Positions 8,601 through 20,441 of a stretch of DNA of 55,474 nucleotides are shown piece by piece. The position numbers and the translations under genes are program-made. Each line of letters opens with the position of its first letter. The first letter of the stretch is position 1. The stretch comes from Cyanophora paradoxa CCMP329 (taxonomy: Eukaryota > Plantae > Glaucophyta), in contig QPMI01000492.1 of the NCBI GenBank assembly GCA_004431415.1, forward strand, positions 1-55,474. The letters run 5' to 3'. The notes beneath the pieces were generated by a model that was given only the letters and a program-made list of their open reading frames with translations, was not told the DNA's origin and made no database searches.

Positions 8601-9092
8601 TCATTCTGGCAGTACCCTCTGAAATGGATTTTCGAAGCCGTGTAATTGCTGGTATTCATCGTACCCCTCAAGCGAGGGGCTGTACCCCACTGTTACCTGT
8701 GGGAGCCCCATTGCGCGCCTCCGTCTGTCCTCTCTCAATTGGCTGCGGAAAAATCTGCGTCTGTCTTGGCTGTCGCGTGTCGCGCCATCTGTGTTGGATC
8801 GATCATTGTTAGGGTTGTGAGTGTCACGTACTAGCTGTACGAAATATTCGCGTAGGTCAGCTGGTAGGTTCTGGAAGTTGTCTGCTGCGTAGAGCTGTAT
8901 CCATTCCCTCAACCTGAATGGGAACTGACTGGCAAGCCCCAGCGCGTGATTGAAATCGGGCTCCGGCGACACGCCAGGGGGGACTGAGATGTGCCAGCGC
9001 CAGAAATCGGTCAATCGTGTGAACAATTGATTGATTTCAAATGGGAAATCGTAGAACAAGGGCGGGGGCGGCCCCGGAGGTTGGTTAGCCAT
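8601..9092 (-). CDS. Orphan protein of about 163 aa (MANQPPGPPPPLFYDFPF...)
   Basis: AAAAATG start with the TTTTCGGA motif 11 nt upstream, like the other island genes. Confidence 0.6.
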   Translation of the reverse strand: MANQPPGPPPPLFYDFPFEINQLFTRLTDFWRWHISVPPGVSPEPDFNHALGLASQFPFRLREWIQLYAADNFQNLPADLREYFVQLVRDTHNPNNDRSNTDGATRDSQDRRRFFRSQLREDRRRRAMGLPQVTVGYSPSLEGYDEYQQLHGFENPFQRVLPE

Positions 9093-9123
9093 TTTTCTCC
9101 CCTTCCGAAAATTTCCCCGCTTT

Positions 9124-9770
9124 TGAGTCCAGACTCTGATTTTAACTCTTCCCAAGTCCCAAGTCCCAAGTCCCAAGTCCCAAGTCCCAAGTCCCAAGTC
9201 CCAAGTTTTCCCTCAATTTCACGCGTAGAAAACGCACTTTTCGGCCTTTTCCGATTTTTCTTTTCTCGCGATCGCAGAAATGCCCCCGATCTCGAAATCG
9301 CGATCGAAAAGGGTCGCGATCGGGAGAAAGTCGCGATCACCACCGAGGGCCGCAAGAGTGGCCTTAGGGGGTAGGGCTCGCAGTAGGGAGATTCCCTCGG
9401 GGTTAGTCTAGCTGGAGACCCAATAGGGGGGAGGTAAGCTAGACTTGTCGTGTGTTTGTAGGCCTAGGCCTAGGGTAGGCAGATAGCATTAGCTGTTTGT
9501 CAACTTGGGGCACCAGTCCCCTAATACACTAGGGATTACTGAAAAAAAAAATGAGTCCAGACTCTGATTTTAACTCTTCCCAAGTCCCAAGTCCCAAGTC
9601 CCAAGTCCCAAGTCCCAAGTCCCAAGTCCCAAGTTTTCCCTCAATTTCACGCGTAGAAAACGCACTTTTCGGCCTTTTCCGATTTTTCTTTTCTCGCGAT
9701 CGCAGAAATGCCCCCGATCTCGAAATCGCGATCGAAAAGGGTCGCGATCGGGAGAAAGTCGCGATCACCA
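9124..9770 (+). repeat. Two identical 219-bp direct repeats (9124-9342, 9552-9770), each with (CCCAAGT)8, flanking a 209-bp poly(A)-ended insert
   Basis: Copies read TGAGTCCAGAC...GCGATCACCA. The insert at 9343-9551 ends in an A10 run. Confidence 0.9.
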
Positions 9771-10050
9771 GGGTCGCGATCGGGTCGCGATCGCCGCGAT
9801 CGCCAGCCTCGGAAGGGGTACCCCCACGGCCGTTACGGCGGTTATAAGAACCTCCGCAATCCAAGCGTCACGTCCGAGTCTCGAGCTCTCGAGGTTGCCT
9901 TTTCGGGTTTGGCCCATTGATGGCCCTCATATATATTTAGTTTAACATCGATACAATCATATATACAAATGCATATATCCTAGGCCTTCCATATCTGTAG
10001 CGATATATATATATATATATGGATATCGATCTCATTTCCTCGATTTGCAG

Positions 10051-10611
10051 ATTATATAGATGGGATTGCGATAATATGATTGTATGTGATTGTCCGCCGG
10101 CGACCCTCGCTGGAGAGGTTGGCGGAGAGGATATCGATGACGACTTCTGCATCCCCGTCCCATGTTCGCATGGACAAACGATCTCCCCTGGGGGTGTCAA
10201 AGCCTGCCAATGTTATCTTCCAGGGCGCAACGTTGGTGGGGTGCGCCACCCCTCTCCCCCCCCCCCCCCCCCCCCTCCACCCCCCCCGCCCTTCCTTGCA
10301 ATTGGCCCGCGGCCCCCTCTGTATATTTTTCTGGATATGCCATGATGCATGCATGTGAAGGCTAACGCGAACCCGCGCCTGTTGGCCGGCATTCCAGGTC
10401 TGCACAATCGAACTTGAGCCATGCGCGAACGGAACGACGATCGACCGGTATCCCGGACGAAGGATGCAATTTTATTCAAACTCCTCCTCTCTCAAGATCA
10501 TGAACTGCACCTGCGACGCCCCCGCCTCAAACGCCTCCGGGATCTGCGTGTACCCCGCAACGCCGACGCCCGTCCCTACCCCGTCACCCTCCCCTTCTCC
10601 AAGCCCGAGCT

Positions 10612-10660
<49 letters not shown>

Positions 10661-12301
10661 TTCCCCCTTGAGCTTGAGCCAAACCCCTACAGCTGACCCC
10701 AACATATTCATAAGCCCCTCACCCTCCCCAACGTCGAAGCCGACAGTATACGTACCCCCGACCGGACCCGGAGGCCTAGGCAGCCCGACGCCAAGCCCGA
10801 CAACACTGCCCTCGCCGGCGCGACTCGTGCGCGGAGCCAGCGCTAGCCGCATGCGCAAGAGCTCGCAATATATATATATATATATATATATATGTTGATT
10901 TATGTCGCAAATGATATCGATGCTCAAGCATGTGATTGACATCCTTCCCTCGCTTCCGCCTCAGAACATCACGCGGATCTCTGTGTCGGGCTTAGCGGGC
11001 TCCTCCGGATCTGGTGTCGGCGCTGCAGCGAATGCTATCGCGATTGCATTCGACGCGAACAACCGAGCCGTCTTCAGCGCCCCCGTCCTCGAGACTCCCC
11101 AGGTGTGTGCAAGGCGACGTTACGAAGTTAACGTTAACGTTGTAATCAATAACAACCATAACATCTATGCCCTGCCGAGCTCATAGTTAATTAGATATTA
11201 TAGTTACGCATTTTGTCCTGGACAATTGCAATGTTGAACATGACGGCGACCGTCGGACCCGCTCGCAGACGGGGGGCGAGGTCAGCATCTTCGGTTCGGA
11301 GTTCACCGTCGGGCAGAGCATTGCCGTGCGCACCGCACGCTCGCTCCGCGGTCGGCTACGCGTCGAGCCACTCGACTCGAGCGTCATTGGGCGCAGATCG
11401 ATATCGTTGACGTCACGGGGTCAGCGAGCTGCCCCGCCCTCAACCCGCGTTTCGCAAGCAGCACAGAAATTCGGTTCAGTGCGCACCGCGCCCCGGCCCA
11501 TGGCCCGGCCATTCCCGCCACCGGCTGCAGCCCGGCCCGCTCGTTTCCTCCGCTATATATAGCTATCTCCTGCTTGCCACTGCCAAACTTACTGCCAGCT
11601 GTACATGTGTTAATTCCGGTCCGGCCGCGGGTTCGCAGCGGTCCCCGACATTACATCCTGCTCGGCTCGAAGACGCGAGCGCTCCCTCCTGGTGCGTGCG
11701 CATATGCATGCTCATGTGTGATAATTATATATGGAGGTGTTCTGCTCACGATAGAATTTGAGATTTAAAATTCAACGTAAACCTTGAATATTCATATATA
11801 ACCCCTTCCGGTCAACTGCATGTATGCCCGCGCGTTCCTGATTTTGAGCCCGGTTTTCCGAAGGGGGCCGCCTACGCACTAGGCCAGGCGTACAGCCTCG
11901 TGATCCGCAGCCCAAGCGGCGGCTTCGACGCGTTCACTCTCGTGGGGGCCTTTGCTTGGCGCCCCGCCAGCAACGCCGCCTTTGCAATGTGCGTGCAACC
12001 GCCCCCCCCCCCCCCCCCCCCCCCCCTCCCCCGCCCCTCCCCCCCTCTCCCTCCCCCCCTTCCTCCCCTCCCCCCTCCCCCCCCTCTCTGCAGCCGCGAT
12101 GCGGCCATGAATTCGCGATCGAATTCGAAGTGCTTATAAATCGATCATAAATTGGAATTATGACCGGCGGACGCCCTCAGGCCGTACCTCAGTGGAGCAG
12201 CGGAGCTCGCGCCGTCCCTGGCCACCGGGAGCTTCCCGATTCTTGCCGCCGCCTTCACCGCGGCTCTTGCCTTCCGGCTGCCCCGAGCGCTCTATGGCTA
12301 G
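10051..12301 (+). CDS. Multi-exon Cys-rich, (SP)n-repeat surface protein with hydrophobic C-terminus; 5' end not found
   Basis: Exon pieces CDCPPA..FCIPVPC..CQC and [18 protein letters not shown]. Terminal [15 protein letters not shown] resembles a GPI/TM anchor. The first visible exon begins at an acceptor (TTGCAG). Confidence 0.45.
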
Positions 12302-12949
12302 CTATGTAGAGGCTGAACTGTAGCTATAGCTAGCTAATTCAAGCTAGCTAGGATCGAAATTAACACTGATCATGAGCACGAATTTTCAGAAGAATCAATT
12401 GCAACCGTTCAACGGTTAATGTTGAACTTTAGCGTCGGAACGAGACCTCTGCGCTGGCCATGACGCGCGCCCCGCTCCCGCCGACTCAAGTGCGGCACAG
12501 TGCAACGTCGACGCCCGGCCTCTCAAAGAGAGTCTACGGCGGTGCCACCGGAACATCTAGATGGCTCTGCGCGCTGGCGCGCGCCCCGCGCCGGCCCGGC
12601 GGTGCCGACTCACGTGCCGCGCAGAGCAACGCCGACGCCTCTAGATCTAGATCTGCGGCAGTGCCACCAGTGGCTGAAGATCCGATCACACCGTCGGATC
12701 GTGAAGCCGAGCTCGACTAGTACTCGACGAGCTCGAGGCCTAGCGCTAGCTATATACTATGATATATAGATAGCTATTTATAGCCATAGCTATATATATA
12801 TAGGCCGATGAGAGCGTGTGCATGCCACGGTACCGGTGACCATGTACCATGGAATTAAATTCACATGCCACGGAAGCAGCGGCCATGGCTCGCACGATGT
12901 ACAGCTGCATGTACCCCTCGTCCCCTTTCCAGCGAGTTTGCGAATTGCG

Positions 12950-15900
12950 AACAGACGGTGCACAGAAGAGGGGTACATGGATGGCCAACGTGGAACAGAC
13001 CCGGTCACCTCGCCGGCCAACCCGTCCCCTGCCCTTGGCCCTGCCCCTGCCCCTGCCCCTGCTGCGCCGCCGCGGGGGGCCTCGCCCCCGGCCACCCCGC
13101 CCCGACCCCCGCCGCCCCCGCCGCGCTGCCGCCGCCGCCGCCGCCGGCGCTGCTGCTGTCGTCTCCGTACTGTGATGCTAGGTACGCTTCCTCCTGATCC
13201 GCGTCGAACTGGAAGCAATAAAATCAGTTAGTAGCCGCCTCTGGAAGCAATAAAATCAGTTAGTAGGATATTTATTTGAACCTGGGACTGCTGCTGGGGG
13301 TGCGCGTGCGACGTGTGCGAGGGCCCCGCCACGCGCTGCACGCCGCCCCCGCTCGTGAAGGCCACCGTCTGCTGCCCCTCCTGCAGGCCCGGCTCAGAAA
13401 GAGAATGAAGGGGGGGGGATGAAAGAGGGGGTACGCGAGCCTGCGCGAACTGGAGGGGGGCTACCGCCTGGGCCGCGGCGCCCGTCGCCGCGAGCGAGTA
13501 CTGCTGCAGCGACATCGCCTGCAGGAGGAAAGAAGGAAATGAGAGAAGGCGTTCTCGAATTAAATTGGACAGGCGAGCGATCACCTGCCCCGCGGCGGCG
13601 GCGGCGGCGAAGGTCGCCGGGTCGACCCCGAACGGGACCCCGCCGGCGCCCGCCTGCGCCTGCGCTTGCGCCTGGGCGGCCGCCGCCGCCTGCTGCTGCT
13701 GGGCCGCTGCCGCGGCTGCGTAGGCTCCGAACTGGTCCAGGCCGCCCGCCCCAGCCTGAGCCAACATCTGCGGGATTATGTCAGGACACGCGTGGTTCTG
13801 TTCTATTCGGCACTGTGTTTAGCTTAGCACTGTATTTAGCTTAGGTACTTATGGGGCTTTGCTAGTTAAGGCTAAGATCATTTTCCTTCCTCCAAACGCA
13901 CGTGCTATGGCGTTGTTGTATGTTTAGGCTAGTTAGGCGTCGGTTCGTTTATTCTAAGCCGCTGGATCGGATCCGGCGCACGTGCTGCCACTGGGCGGCG
14001 AACTGCAGCTAAAGGAAGCTATGTGTTTGGCTTATTAGGCTAGTTAGGTGATTAGGAAGCTAAAGGTGAGGTTAGGAAGCTTATTTCTGACTGGCGCGCG
14101 CGTCAGTTCGTTTAGGTAGCTTATGGAGCTTTGCTAGTTAAGATTAAAATCAGTTTCCTTCCTCCAAACGCACGTGCTGCCACTGGGCGGCGAACTGGAG
14201 CTTCAGGAAGTCGCGCAGCTGGACGACGACCGCCTCCACCATCGACGTCCGCCCGTCCAGCTCCGAGACCGCCTTCGAAAAGGAAACGTTTGATAAGAGG
14301 AAGAAAGAAGGGTGCGTGCGAAGACAGAGGGGGGGAAGCGGGGGGCGCCCGCCTGCTCCGTGGTGGTCGAGCGCCGGAGGAGCGAGAGGCGAAGGCGGCT
14401 CATGTCCTGCCGCCGCCCCGGATCGAATTCATCCGGGCGGGGCGGGGGGGGCCGGGGGTACCTGTTTCAGGGCGACGATCGCCTGCCGAATCTCGCGCGC
14501 CTCGTCCGCCGTGCGCCCCTCCAACGCAGCCTGCGCCGAAAATAAAAAACAGATGCGACGCGATGCGAGATCCGAAAACGGGCCCCGCGGGGAGTCGAAC
14601 CTGGTCCCTTGCGAGCTTCTCGATCTCCTGCGCGAGATCGTCCGCCTTCGCGTCCATGTCCGCCGCCAGCGCCCGGCTCTGGGGTACAGCGTTTCATATC
14701 TTTGTCTAGGAGGAAGGGGGGGGGGGCGAGGAGGGGGTACCTTGGCCATCGAGACGCGCTGCAGACCCTCGTAGTACGTCCGCTCGAGCTCCTCGAGACC
14801 CTCCACGGAGAGGTACGCCTGCGCCGAAAGTGTAAGGGGGGTACGGATTCTTTAGGGGGTACGGGTACGAGGGCGGACCGTGTCGGCGCCCTCGAGGCGC
14901 GAGATTTCCATCTGGAGCCGCTCACAGTCCTCCGTCCGCTGCCCGAGCTGCGAGAAGGGGTGGTGAGGGGGAGGAAGAAGTCCGGGGGGGGTACGTGCAC
15001 CTCCATCCTCGCCCGGTTCAGCTGCCTCCGAAGGCTCGCGATCTCCTCCTCCATCATCCGCGCCTGTTAGATGAGGCGGAGGGGGGGTTTCAGGGGTACA
15101 GCTGCGCTTCGGCGGGGAGGAGGGGTACGGGCCTTCTCCGGGTTGCTGAGGTCACCCGCCCCCAAAACAGCGTCGTTCGCGTGGCCCTGCGTACCCGGGG
15201 CCCGCGTCGGGCGCGGCGGGGGGTACGCGGTCGTCCAGCAGGGGTACCGTACCTTCAGAAGGAGCCCGGCGCCCTTCCCGCCCTTGGTCCTGCGCGGCGG
15301 TCGGACCGGCGCCCGTTTGCCGCCCGGCGCGCTCGCGTCGCTCAGGCGTACCCGGCGGCGGCCTGCGCGGCCTGGGGGTACGACATCGCGGCCTTCTTGG
15401 GGTCCTCGTCTGGTATCTCCTTCGGGACCTGAGAGCGGTTTGCATGAGCCTCTACCCCTGCCCCTGTGCGCCACTTGAGAAACCGCCCCGCCCGAAATCG
15501 AACCTCGGCCACAACAGCGACAGTGTGGAACGATCCGCACTCGACGGCGATCACCTGCAGCCGCGCGGCCTCAGAGGGGGGTACGAGCGGGGCGGGGCGG
15601 GGCGGGGGGAGGCCCGCCTTCTGTCCCTTAAGCGACTCCACGAGTACGGGTTGCGCTACCCCCTGCTCCCCCTGGTCCCCTGCGCGGGTGTGAGGGGGCG
15701 AAGGGGTACATGGAGATGCAGGGGGCCGCACCGATACCCAGCCTGCCGAACTCGCCGGACCCCCACACGAACAACTCGCCCGCCTGGGGCGGTACCCCGT
15801 CGGGCTCGAAAAGGGGGTACAGGTTAGGGGCGGGCACCTCCGTGGCGGCAGCTGTGTGGTGCGTGCCGCAGGCGAGGGCCCGTATCCGCGCCCTCGCCAA

Positions 15901-17321
15901 CGCTTCGACTGGCCGCGGCATCCACTTGTCCTGAGGGAAAAGGGTAAGGCGGAAAAGGGGGGAGAAGCGGGAGAGGGGTACGCGCCTTTCTGTCCCCGTG
16001 CCCTAGCTGCCCCTTGTCGCCGCAGCCCCACGTGAGGAGGGCGCCCTCCTCTGCAGCGCGCGCTCAGGGGCGCGCGGGACGTCGGTGTACCCCCCCAGGC
16101 GTCGGGGGCCGTACCCGTGATGCATGCGGTGTGGAAGCCGCCGGCGGTGACGAAGCGTATCCTCCTCCCCCTAAGCGATTCCACTACCCCCGGGGCGGGC
16201 CGGCTGCGGGACGGGGCTTCCTTCGAGCGCGCTCTGGGGGGGGGGTACGCGGGCGAACCTCTTGTCGTCGCCGTGGCCCAGCTTTCCAAATTCACCCGAT
16301 CCCCACGTCCAAAGCTCGCCTGGGCAAGGATTCAGACGGGGTACGAGCGCGCCAGCGAAGATGGGGTACACCGCGCCTTTGTCCGTGATGACGCAGGTGT
16401 GGTGGGTACCGCAGGCTATCTGGGTGACGACGGTACCCTTGAGGGCCTGCAGGGAGATCTCATCGTCAAGCAGGGCGGGGCGAGCGGGGCGGGGGTGGGG
16501 TCGCCTTGACGAGGCGGGGGGTACGTCGTTCCCTGTCGTCGCCGTGCCCCAGCTGGCCAAAGTACCCCCCGCCCCAGCTGTACACAGCTCCCGTTCCTGC
16601 AGCGCCCGCCGGGTCGGCGGGGATGCGCGAATCGAGCGGCGGGGGGTACGCACGCGTGAGGGCCACGGAGTGGAAGCCTCCGCAGGAGACGGATACCACG
16701 TCCTTCCCTTGGAGCGCCTTCAGGAGGACCGGCTCCGCCTGGGGTACGCCTCAGGTAAGGGGGGAAAGAGCCGGGCGGGGTACGCGTTGTACGTGCCTGG
16801 TTGGTTTCGTCCCCGAGGCCGAGGCGGCCGTACTCGCCGGCGCCGCACATCCAGAGCTCGCCGGTGTCGGTGAGGAGCGCGGTGTGGTACCAGCCGCAGC
16901 CGAGCGCCGTGCAGCGCTTCCCCTGCATCGCTACGATCTGCCGCGGCGTCGGCTGGCTCCCCGCCATAATCGTCGTCCCGAGGCCTACGCGGGCCGCCGC
17001 CGCTCAGCGCGCGCGAGCGAGCGAGCGGCTGTCGAGCCGGCGATGCAACCGCACCGAGCTGGCCGAAGTTGCCGCGCCCGAAGGTGAAGACCTGCCCGTC
17101 CGCTGCCGGGGGCCCGGGTTAGCTGCGGCGGCTGGCCCGAGGGCAAGGTCCGCCGCACAGGTCAGGAGGCACGTGTGCTGGTTTCCGCATGCGATCATGC
17201 CGATCTGGCGCCCCAGCATCGCCAGGAGCAGCCGCGGCTCGGCGAGGTCTGCATCGTCGCCGTGCCCCAGCTGCCCCAGCGTGCCCTGGCCCCACGTGTA
17301 CGTGGCCAGCCCATACTGCAT
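12950..17321 (-). CDS. RCC1-repeat protein with coiled coil and low-complexity A/Q/G tail (multi-exon)
   Basis: Repeats such as YTWGQGTLGQLGHGD..IACGNQHT, LWMCGAGEYGRLGLGD, VYSWGGGYFGQLGHGD and LWTWGSGEFGKLGHGD. The 3' exons include MLAQAGAGG..QQQQ at 13767. 3' end approximate. Confidence 0.8.
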
Positions 17322-17761
17322 GGCGGCCTGCGAGCGCACAAGCGGTCCCGCGCCCTCGGTGAGCGCTGTGAAGGTCGAGCGGGGCGGCAAGGGTAACGGC
17401 GGCTTCCTGCTCTCTCCCGCGCACCTGCTTCGGCCCCGCCGCCATCCCACCACTGCAGCGCAGATCAAGCTGTACCCCTCATTCAACCGAGGCTCAGCCG
17501 TTTGCAAGGCTGGCTTTCTTTGAACGCGTCGGCTGTCTTTGCTGCGCAACCAAGCCGAAGGAGCGGGATCCGTTCGACGAGTCGGACGCCGCACCGCCCC
17601 TCCCGGCCCCTAGCAAGCCTTCCGAGATCCCCTGCGCGCTCCCCGCCGAAAAGCAGGAGCTCTTTTTCGATCTTCCGCCGTATCCCGAGGAGTCGGAGAT
17701 CGTCCGCGACCTCAAGTTTGAATCAGCTCTCCGCGACAGAGCCCACAAGGAATATATCGAC

Positions 17762-20441
17762 ATGTTTGGACACCAGGGCCCTCAGCAGGCGTATCCGCAG
17801 GCGCCTCTCGTCGCCGCTGGCCAGCCTACTCTCCCCGGCGCTCCCGGCAAGGGTGCCCACGGCACCGAACAGAAAATTGTGCTCGTCTCCACCGCTGATC
17901 CGAAGCTCAACGTGCGTCGCTTCAGCTTTCGGGCGGTTTGGTGGTTGCCCTATCTGACGGTGATGATGGTGTCCGTTGGCAGAACTGGCGCACGGATGCG
18001 GTGGACAAGGGTGCTCCCTTCAGTCCCGCCGACTTTCGTTTCCGCTGATTTGTTTTGCAGTCACCCGCGAGCAGCTGAAGCACCTCCAGGAGCGCCTCGC
18101 TAAGGTGCGCTAATCGAGTCAGCCATTTCGAATCGGACACCGACCGTCTCTTCAGGTCTCGGAGGAGCACAAGGTCCTCTATGACAAGGTCCAGGCCAGC
18201 ACCAATCCCGAGGGTCGGTAGAACCGTTCGCGGACAGCGCTGCCGTCGCGCCACTGACCGTTTTGTGTGCTCCAGGCGTGATCAAGGTCCAGGTCATTCG
18301 CGCCACCAAGTGCGCTTTCGCTCACTATCTCTTCTTTTCTCTGAGCTCACCGATGTCACGCACAGCCTCAAGGCGGCCGATCCGAACGGTCTCAGCGATC
18401 CCTACGTGCGCAAGAACCAATCGGCTGAGCGGCTGGGCGCTGCCGTTGACCGGAGGGCGCGCTGCAGGTCGTCATGCGCTTCGAGCCCGTCAACAAGGCC
18501 GGCCGTCTGGCCTCCATGATCGGCGCCCCGGAGATCCTGGCTGGCCAGCTCGTCCAGGAGAAGAAGACTGAAGTTGTGGAGAAGAACCTGAACCCCTCGT
18601 TCAAGGATGTCGTCTACGAGTTCGGCGTTGAGATCAAGCAGTGCGCCGCGCCGCTGGCCGCGCGTCGCGCCGCGCCGCTACTGTTGCTTACGCCGGCGCG
18701 CCCGCAGCTTTATGGACGCCGATGGGCGCCCATTGATCACGAACCAGGGGCCGAACTCCCCGATCCCAGGACCCGAACTCACGCTCCGCGTCATGGACGA
18801 GGACAAGTTTGCCTTCAAGGATGATTTCCTTGGCATGGCCAGAATCAAGTGGGACCGCCTCACCACTGGTGCGCCTGCCCGCTGGCAGTGTGCGGAACGG
18901 CGCGGTGCCGACGTCGACGCGCCCCGCCTGCAGAGTTCTCCCAGCCCGGCAGCCGAGTCATCCTGGACATCACCAAGGAGAAGTGGGAGGGCAACGATCC
19001 CGTCGGCGGGGGCGGCCTGCTCGAGGTTCACATCAACTACGAGCGCAAGGTGGGTGGGCTGAGCGGCGGCGCGGCGGGGCTCGGGGCTCTCGGCCGATGA
19101 CGGCGCGGCGGGTCGGCAGGTCCCGGTGACGGCAGAGTCGTTCCAGGATAGCCAGCGTCTGCAGCGCGTGGCGACGGAGATGCGCCACCTGACGAATGCG
19201 GTCAACAAGAAGACCGCGAAAATGATCGAGCTCTGCACGGCGCGCTTCGAACTCGCTCGTGCCGACCTGACTTTCTACTCGGCGAAGCGCACGGAGCTCT
19301 TCAAGAGGCAGCAGCAGCTCGCGATGGCCTCGAACTCGGCGACGGCCGTGCACGGCACCCTCTCCGTCACGCCCATCCGCTGCGAGGGCCTCCGCTCCGG
19401 TAACCCCATCTTCGGCACCGCCGACGTCTACCTCTGCTTCCGCCTCAACAACGGTCCGCCCGCCCGGCGCCTTCGGCTTCTCCTTTTCGCTCTCTTCTTT
19501 GACGTGTCTCCTCCTTCCCGGCAGGGAATCGCATGACGGTGCCGTCGTATGAGGAGTACCAGGACGAGAAATGCCTCTGCTTCGGCGAGACGCCCGTGTT
19601 CTCCATGCCGGCCACCAAGGTGGTCATTTTCGACGACCGCGTCTTGAACGACCCCAAGGTCATGAAGGGCGACGCCAGACCCTGGCCCTACCGCATGTGC
19701 GTCTGCATTTAGACCTTCTCGGGCGGCTGAGGGCCAGGCCCTGACACCCGGCGGGCCGCCCGCCCCCTCGCGCGCAGCAAGGTGACGCATCCCGCCGCGT
19801 ACATCGTCGTGGACATCTTCCACTCGATCTCGGCGACGCCGCGGACCGTGGTGCCGCTGGTGAACAAGTGCCTGGGGCGCGTGCACATCCCGGTGCTGGA
19901 CATCCTCCACCTGCCGCCCGGCGAGCGCACCTTCCAGCTCGAGGCCGACACGGTCGACAACCTTTTCGGCTCGGCCGCCACGGGCACTGTCGCCCTCAAG
20001 GTTCGCGGCGCGGCGCGGCGCGGGGGGCGGGGCGGCCTTCGCGGCCTTGGCGGCCTTTGGGGGAGTCGGGGGTCCGACCCGCTGGGTCCCGCAGTTCGAG
20101 TTCCACCCGGAGCCGTCGAGCGAGGCTATGAAGGACCCGATCCAGAAGGAGCTGGATGAGGAGGACGCGCGCATCGATCTCGATGTCATGAAGAGCGAGA
20201 TCGAGTACGTCACCAACCAGATGACCCACATGGAGAAGGATATGAAGCTCTTCGGTGCGCGCGCGTACCCCCCGCGATGCTTCGCCTCTAGTTTCCCGTA
20301 CCCCCTCCTGACCTTCTCGCACTTCCGCCCCCGCCCGCAGACCAGCTGCGCCTGTACTTCGACGCCACGACGAAGAACAACCTGCTGGCCTCGACCGGAT
20401 CGGCCAACCCCGCCGCGCGCGCCCCGACCACGACCTCGTAG
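17762..20441 (+). CDS. Double C2-domain protein (multi-exon)
   Basis: IKVQVIRAT..LKAADPNGLSDPY..KTEVVEKNLNPSF..LTLRVMDEDKFAFKDDFLGMA. Second C2 domain GTLSVTPIRCEGL..ADVYLCF. Confidence 0.8.

Larger units (their letters stand above)
570..9930. mobile_element. Endogenous DNA-virus-like island (fibre and regulatory module; class unassigned, left end not visible)
   Basis: Eight tightly packed ORFs with uninterrupted coding sequence. Phage/virus-type fibre motifs, an HNH domain, an AAA(A)TG start context and a shared upstream motif. Contrasts with the intron-dense host genes to the right. Confidence 0.7.

Noticed and set aside
6669-9634. True chromosome telomere
   Set aside because: The arrays are short, internal, in both orientations and flanked by genes.
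6295-9864. ORFs containing PKSQVPS / GTWDLGL repeats
   Set aside because: These are translations of the heptamer arrays, not plausible proteins.
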